A program made the translations under genes and the position numbers. From positions 2,136,967 to 2,200,966 of the forward strand of contig OX044357.1 in assembly GCA_943846675.1 (NCBI GenBank): a stretch of DNA of 64,000 nucleotides, written 5' to 3'. This DNA comes from an uncultured Bacteroidia bacterium. Its GTDB lineage: Bacteria > Bacteroidota > Bacteroidia > NS11-12g > UBA9320. This document shows positions 59,528 to 64,000 of this stretch, piece after piece. Each line of letters starts with the position of its first letter. Within the stretch, counting starts at the first letter, position 1. A model generated the notes under the pieces. That model was not told where the DNA came from, ran no database searches, and was given only the letters and a program-made list of their open reading frames with translations.

Positions 59528-61402
59528 CTACAACACCAAAAACTTAACCTCCGCAATTTTCTCATCCTTAGCATTAACCACTTGTACATAATACATGCCT
59601 TGCATCAATTCAACGGTGGGGAAGCTAATTTCATTCAACCCGCGCTCTACTTGAGTGGTTAGCAACTCTTGAACAAGCTTGCCATCTGTGCTGTAAATAT
59701 TGAAGGACAGCACTTGATCTAAGTCAGACTCAAATTGAATGACTGCTTTTTCTTCTACAGGATTTGGGAGTAATATCACTTTGGTTTCATCTGGCAAAAC
59801 CGTCAACATATTATCAACTTTAACCGCTCCAACCTGAACGCCGTTTCTTCCACGAGTGCTTCCCTGAGCAAACGGTCTACCGTAAGACCCTGACAACCAA
59901 ACTACACCTTCTTCGTTGTATTTTGTTTGAACACCGGTGTAATCGCCCCATCGCTCCAAAGAATCAGTTAATCTATTAATGGACAACTCGCCTTGCTTTA
60001 TTTGCACCACTGGCGAAAAAATGGCGTTTTGACCAACTACGCGATTATGCAAAACAGCCGAGGTGCCTGGATAATCTAATTCCGAGCTGTGCGAGAATGT
60101 AATCACACTGGCGTGCGGAAAACTTGCATTACCTGCAAAAGCAATCGAAGGATAGGCATATTCAAATGTGTCGGAGGTAATATAATTGGCATCAATTTTA
60201 CCTGATTCAATGTCTAAGAATCCATGAAAAATGCCTGGGACGCCTGATTCGGGAACCACCGTACTTTGCACGTATTGGATGTAACCCGCTTCGCTTATTG
60301 CAGACAATACCCGCGTATCATTCGTTTGAAGTAGGTTTTCTGGATCAGGTTGATACGCGCTAGGTGGAACGCCGTACAATTTATTCGATTGTAAGACGCG
60401 TAAATTATACTCCGCATTTCCGGACAATCTGTTGTCCGTAATCTCATGCAAGAATACTGAGTCGTTTGCTGCGTCACCAGGTCGCACAGAAAGAAACTGC
60501 ATATTGGGTGACGTAAATACACTCCCCCCTTGAACAGCACAAATGCTCCAAAGTGGTTTGTCATTGTACTTTAAGTCGTACCACAAATCTTCGTAAATGG
60601 TATCGTTACCAGCGTATCCAGCGTTTTTATCAATTTGCCAAATGACGGATTGCGTAAAGCCTTCTTGCCAGCTTTCGCCGTCGCGTAACACGTTAACGGT
60701 TATAAATAAATCGTCCTTACTCTGTCCGATTATAGGATAATCAGACCAAGTTTTACCGATAAATGGATTACCATCCACCGCATAAAAATTCCAGTCACCT
60801 TCAGGGTCGTTTGACTCACTAAAACCAACAATTATCCGTGTGTCTGCACTTGTAGATCCTTGTAAGTAGACCAATATAAATCGGTCATTAACAGGGTCAT
60901 AGGTAACCTTCGGATCATAGGTTCGGTTAAGATTGGGTAATTGTCCATCAACAATTCTTTCTAAACTATAGTAGCGCACATACTTCCCATCTTCCTCCAA
61001 AATACTAAAGGACGAATTGACAACACTTATAATCTTGCCGTCATTCGATATGGCCATATTGTTGTCGTTGGGTATACCAGGGACGGCAGTCAAACCAACA
61101 AACGACGCCTTAACGTCCGGCTTAATGTCTTGAGGTTCCTCCTGATATTTGTTATGTACCTGCTTAAAACGTCTTTCGCGCTTTGCATCCAGTTGGCTTT
61201 TCAGTTTGTCTGTAGTGGTCCATGGAGCCGGGGCTGCATCATCAACCTTGTACACTTTTGGCTGCTCCCCTCCTATTTCAGAGAAAGAAACTGTCTTCAC
61301 TTTTGGCGTTGCAATATTGCGTTCTACTTGATACGTAAAATCCTGAGCAAACCCAGAAAATGAGATACAAACACAACTGATAACACCCACCACTTTATTC
61401 AT
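59528..61402 (-). CDS. Secreted protein with a T9SS type-A C-terminal sorting domain
   Basis: Signal peptide MNKVVGVISCVCISFSGFAQ. C-terminal LLPNPVEEKAVIQF...GMYYVQVV...KFLVL matches the CTD-A pattern. Confidence 0.55.
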   Translation of the reverse strand: MNKVVGVISCVCISFSGFAQDFTYQVERNIATPKVKTVSFSEIGGEQPKVYKVDDAAPAPWTTTDKLKSQLDAKRERRFKQVHNKYQEEPQDIKPDVKASFVGLTAVPGIPNDNNMAISNDGKIISVVNSSFSILEEDGKYVRYYSLERIVDGQLPNLNRTYDPKVTYDPVNDRFILVYLQGSTSADTRIIVGFSESNDPEGDWNFYAVDGNPFIGKTWSDYPIIGQSKDDLFITVNVLRDGESWQEGFTQSVIWQIDKNAGYAGNDTIYEDLWYDLKYNDKPLWSICAVQGGSVFTSPNMQFLSVRPGDAANDSVFLHEITDNRLSGNAEYNLRVLQSNKLYGVPPSAYQPDPENLLQTNDTRVLSAISEAGYIQYVQSTVVPESGVPGIFHGFLDIESGKIDANYITSDTFEYAYPSIAFAGNASFPHASVITFSHSSELDYPGTSAVLHNRVVGQNAIFSPVVQIKQGELSINRLTDSLERWGDYTGVQTKYNEEGVVWLSGSYGRPFAQGSTRGRNGVQVGAVKVDNMLTVLPDETKVILLPNPVEEKAVIQFESDLDQVLSFNIYSTDGKLVQELLTTQVERGLNEISFPTVELMQGMYYVQVVNAKDEKIAEVKFLVL

Positions 61403-61482
61403 ACGTCAAATTTAATTGGAAATTCAGTAAATGCTTCTGTCCATTTGAAATACAAACACTGCCATGAAGTATCTTTGCCAAC

Positions 61483-63081
61483 TTGAAGTCCGTTTTACAA
61501 AAGTATTTCCTCGAAATCAGCCTGACAATAGGAATTGTTTTGGCCTTGTTTTATAAACTGGGCTTCATGCCTTTAAGCGCCGATGAGCCAATACGTGCCC
61601 TGGTTGCCATTGATATGATGCTCAATGGAAACTACGTGGCACCCAAGATGAACGGCGTTCCGTACCTGAATAAACCCCCATTGTACAACTGGATACTGAT
61701 CCTATTTTTTAATCTGTTTAGATCGTTCGACGAATGGGTTTTCAGACTGCCAAGTGTATTGTCACTCATTGCTTTTGGAGGCTTGGTATTCCACCTGGTT
61801 AAACGCCATTTAAACAACGTACGGTTTGCATGGATTGCCGCCGTTGCTACTGTTACTGGAGGAAACCTCTGGATTTATTCGGCCTACTTAGGGCATATAG
61901 ACATCACCTATTCAGTGGTTAGTTTTCTGCAGATATATGTGCTTTACTTTTTTTCGGAAAAAGAAAACTGGAGAAAGGCATTTGTTTTATCCTACGGTCT
62001 TGCTTGTGTCGGGTTTATGATGAAGGGGCTGCCCAGTGTCGTTTTTCAAGGATTAAGTGTCATAACTATTTTGCTTTTAAAGCGCAGTTTCAGACGTATT
62101 TGGAGCCTGGAACATATTGTATCGACGCTTGTCTTCATCGTGCCCATTGGCCTATACATATTCGCTTACAGCAAACAAGCAGATATTTCGCGACTGGCCA
62201 AAACGATTGTTGTTGAATCCAGCAGCAGAACAGTCACAGACAAGAGCATTTTAGAAAGTCTTAGTCACCTCTTTGTATTTCCGGTGCGTTACTTGTTAGA
62301 CATCATGCCATGGGGCTTGTCCATATTTATTCTTTTGCGTAAGGATGCACGTACTTTAATATGGAAGAATTCATTTCTTAAAACTTCCTTAATCCTATTT
62401 CTCGTAAACATTACCATATACTGGCTGTCGCCAGATTACAGAGCTCGGTATGTGTTTATGCTAACACCTTTCCTATTAATTCCCTGCCTGTATGCTGTTT
62501 ACGAACTGATTAAGTCGAAAACTAGTCAGCAATTAGCCTTGGCCGTGTCCTTTCTGTTGGTTGCACTACCCATCGGGTTGTTCTTTTTTACGAATGGAAC
62601 GATGAACGTAAGCCCGGTATTTGCAGTCGTGTTAAGTGTTTTAGGACTCGTTGGTGTGTGGTTTATTCATAAAAATGTAGCTAAACCATCTGTGTATCTA
62701 TTGGTTCTAGGCTTAGTCATTTCCAGATTAGGTTATTCCCATTACATGGTTCCTTTTCGTGTAGAAACTGGGCCTTACCAACAAGAGAAAATCCAAGGAA
62801 AGGAGATTGCGGCTATCACACTAGACGATGGTTTAGACATGTATAGTTCCAATGTCGCTTTAACAATGAATTGGTATATAACTGTTGATCGACTAAAAAC
62901 AGTCCATACCAAAACCAAAGATTTTAGTTTTGATTCTTATTATTTGGTACCAACTGAGGTTATAAAGGATACTGCGAATGTCGACACGTATTATACCTTT
63001 GTCAGAAGATATGAATCGAAACCATTCAGCTTGGTTAAGTTTAAACATCGGTTTCCTGAAATGCCTAAAAAGAAGAAATGA
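61483..63081 (+). CDS. GT-C fold glycosyltransferase, ArnT/PMT-like (GT83/GT39 family)
   Basis: N-terminal ...LSADEPIRALVAIDMMLNGNYVAPKMNGVPYLNKPPLYNW matches the ArnT/PMT first periplasmic loop with the DE motif. About 12 TM helices plus a C-terminal soluble domain. Confidence 0.7.
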   Translation: MKSVLQKYFLEISLTIGIVLALFYKLGFMPLSADEPIRALVAIDMMLNGNYVAPKMNGVPYLNKPPLYNWILILFFNLFRSFDEWVFRLPSVLSLIAFGGLVFHLVKRHLNNVRFAWIAAVATVTGGNLWIYSAYLGHIDITYSVVSFLQIYVLYFFSEKENWRKAFVLSYGLACVGFMMKGLPSVVFQGLSVITILLLKRSFRRIWSLEHIVSTLVFIVPIGLYIFAYSKQADISRLAKTIVVESSSRTVTDKSILESLSHLFVFPVRYLLDIMPWGLSIFILLRKDARTLIWKNSFLKTSLILFLVNITIYWLSPDYRARYVFMLTPFLLIPCLYAVYELIKSKTSQQLALAVSFLLVALPIGLFFFTNGTMNVSPVFAVVLSVLGLVGVWFIHKNVAKPSVYLLVLGLVISRLGYSHYMVPFRVETGPYQQEKIQGKEIAAITLDDGLDMYSSNVALTMNWYITVDRLKTVHTKTKDFSFDSYYLVPTEVIKDTANVDTYYTFVRRYESKPFSLVKFKHRFPEMPKKKK

Positions 63082-64000
63082 TGATTGAAGTTTCAATTGT
63101 AGTTGCCATGATGAATGAGGAAGAGAGTATTAAACCCCTCTTGAACCAAATTTACACCGCAATGGATAGTCTTTCGTATGAACTCATATTGGTAGACGAT
63201 GGATCTACTGACGACACTGTGAGTCAAGTCAAGTCATTTGCCAATAGTCAAACCAAAGTGGTCGAGTTCATGAAAAACTATGGACAAAGCACGGCACTCC
63301 AAGCGGGAATTGACCAAACGACAGGTGCTTACGTCGTAACCATGGACGCGGATTTACAAAACGATCCTTCGGATATCCCCATGTTGTTAGATTTACTTAA
63401 GACGGGCAAATGGGATTTAGTTGCTGGTGAGCGTGTAAACCGAAGAGACGGTATGCTCATAAGAAAAGTACCAAGCAAAATTGCAAATTATATCATTCGT
63501 AACTTAACGAAAGTACAGATTAAAGATTACGGCTGTACCTTAAAAATATTCAAAAGTCAGATAGCCAAAGACTTAAGTCTTTATGGCGAACTGCATCGTT
63601 TCATTCCTGTTTTAGCGGCCTTACAAGGGGCTAAAATCCACCAGGTACCGGTGAAGCATCACGCTAGGGAGTTTGGCAAATCAAAATATAATTTGAACCG
63701 AACTTTTAAAGTTATAAGCGATTTGATTTTGATGGTTTTCTTCAGAAAATATCTACAAAAACCCATGCACTTATTTGGCACCATGGGTGCTGTGATCTTT
63801 GGCATTGGCGGACTAATCAATCTTTATTTCTTAGTTCAAAAAATTCAAGGTGCTGACATCTGGGGTAAACCCATGCTTTTACTTGGCATACTACTTTTAC
63901 TTGGTGGTATTCAGCTCATTACAACAGGTATTGTGTTGGAGTTGTTGATGCGCACCTACTATGAATCACAAGACAAGAAAACATATACGGTTCGCTCCAT
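63078..64000 (+). CDS. GT2 polyprenol-phosphate glycosyltransferase (ArnC/GtrB/DPM1-like), 3'-truncated by the window end
   Basis: It is absent from the ORF track but open to the window end. MMIEVSIVVAMMNEEESI...YELILVDDGSTDDT...VTMDADLQNDP carries the GT2 DXD (here DAD) and catalytic regions. Two C-terminal TM helices. The ATG overlaps the upstream GT-C stop (ATGA). Confidence 0.8.
   Translation, partial: MMIEVSIVVAMMNEEESIKPLLNQIYTAMDSLSYELILVDDGSTDDTVSQVKSFANSQTKVVEFMKNYGQSTALQAGIDQTTGAYVVTMDADLQNDPSDIPMLLDLLKTGKWDLVAGERVNRRDGMLIRKVPSKIANYIIRNLTKVQIKDYGCTLKIFKSQIAKDLSLYGELHRFIPVLAALQGAKIHQVPVKHHAREFGKSKYNLNRTFKVISDLILMVFFRKYLQKPMHLFGTMGAVIFGIGGLINLYFLVQKIQGADIWGKPMLLLGILLLLGGIQLITTGIVLELLMRTYYESQDKKTYTVRS

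Overview
This 64 kb window looks like chromosomal DNA from a Bacteroidota genome, probably class Flavobacteriia. The evidence for that placement is five secreted proteins ending in type IX secretion (T9SS) type-A or type-B C-terminal sorting domains, a PNGase F homologue, lipoproteins with Cys followed by acidic residues, and an AT-rich base composition. I found no rRNA, tRNA, CRISPR array, transposase, integrase or phage structural cluster.

Gene density is high and most of the window is ordinary housekeeping or envelope biology:
- Housekeeping enzymes: guaA, rpiB, tatC, fabG, pepE, recQ, an RsmB-like rRNA methyltransferase, two tandem PPK2 polyphosphate kinases, a class-III aminotransferase, and a crotonase that carries a +1/-2 frameshift.
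- Regulation: an OmpR-type response regulator with its histidine kinase, and two ECF sigma-factor loci, each followed by a membrane anti-sigma-like protein and an outer-membrane beta-barrel-like module.
- Glycosylation: two fasciclin lipoproteins, a GT4 glycosyltransferase pair, and a GT-C (ArnT/PMT-like) gene coupled to a GT2 (ArnC/GtrB-like) gene at the 3' end.
- Secreted cargo: two S8 subtilases, a roughly 1440 aa beta-propeller/PKD adhesin, and a 1078 aa tail-fibre-like repeat protein with a C-terminal intramolecular-chaperone (S74) domain, which sits in an operon with a CTD-B/PKD protein.

The most unusual items are the tail-fibre-like operon at 11539-16576, the fused-versus-split sigma/anti-sigma/barrel loci, the PNGase F homologue, the tandem PPK2 pair, the crotonase frameshift, and an orphan 525 aa secreted protein. 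I could not identify a clear-cut novel defence or mobile system from sequence alone. All functional calls come from motif and family recognition on the translated ORFs, with no database search run.
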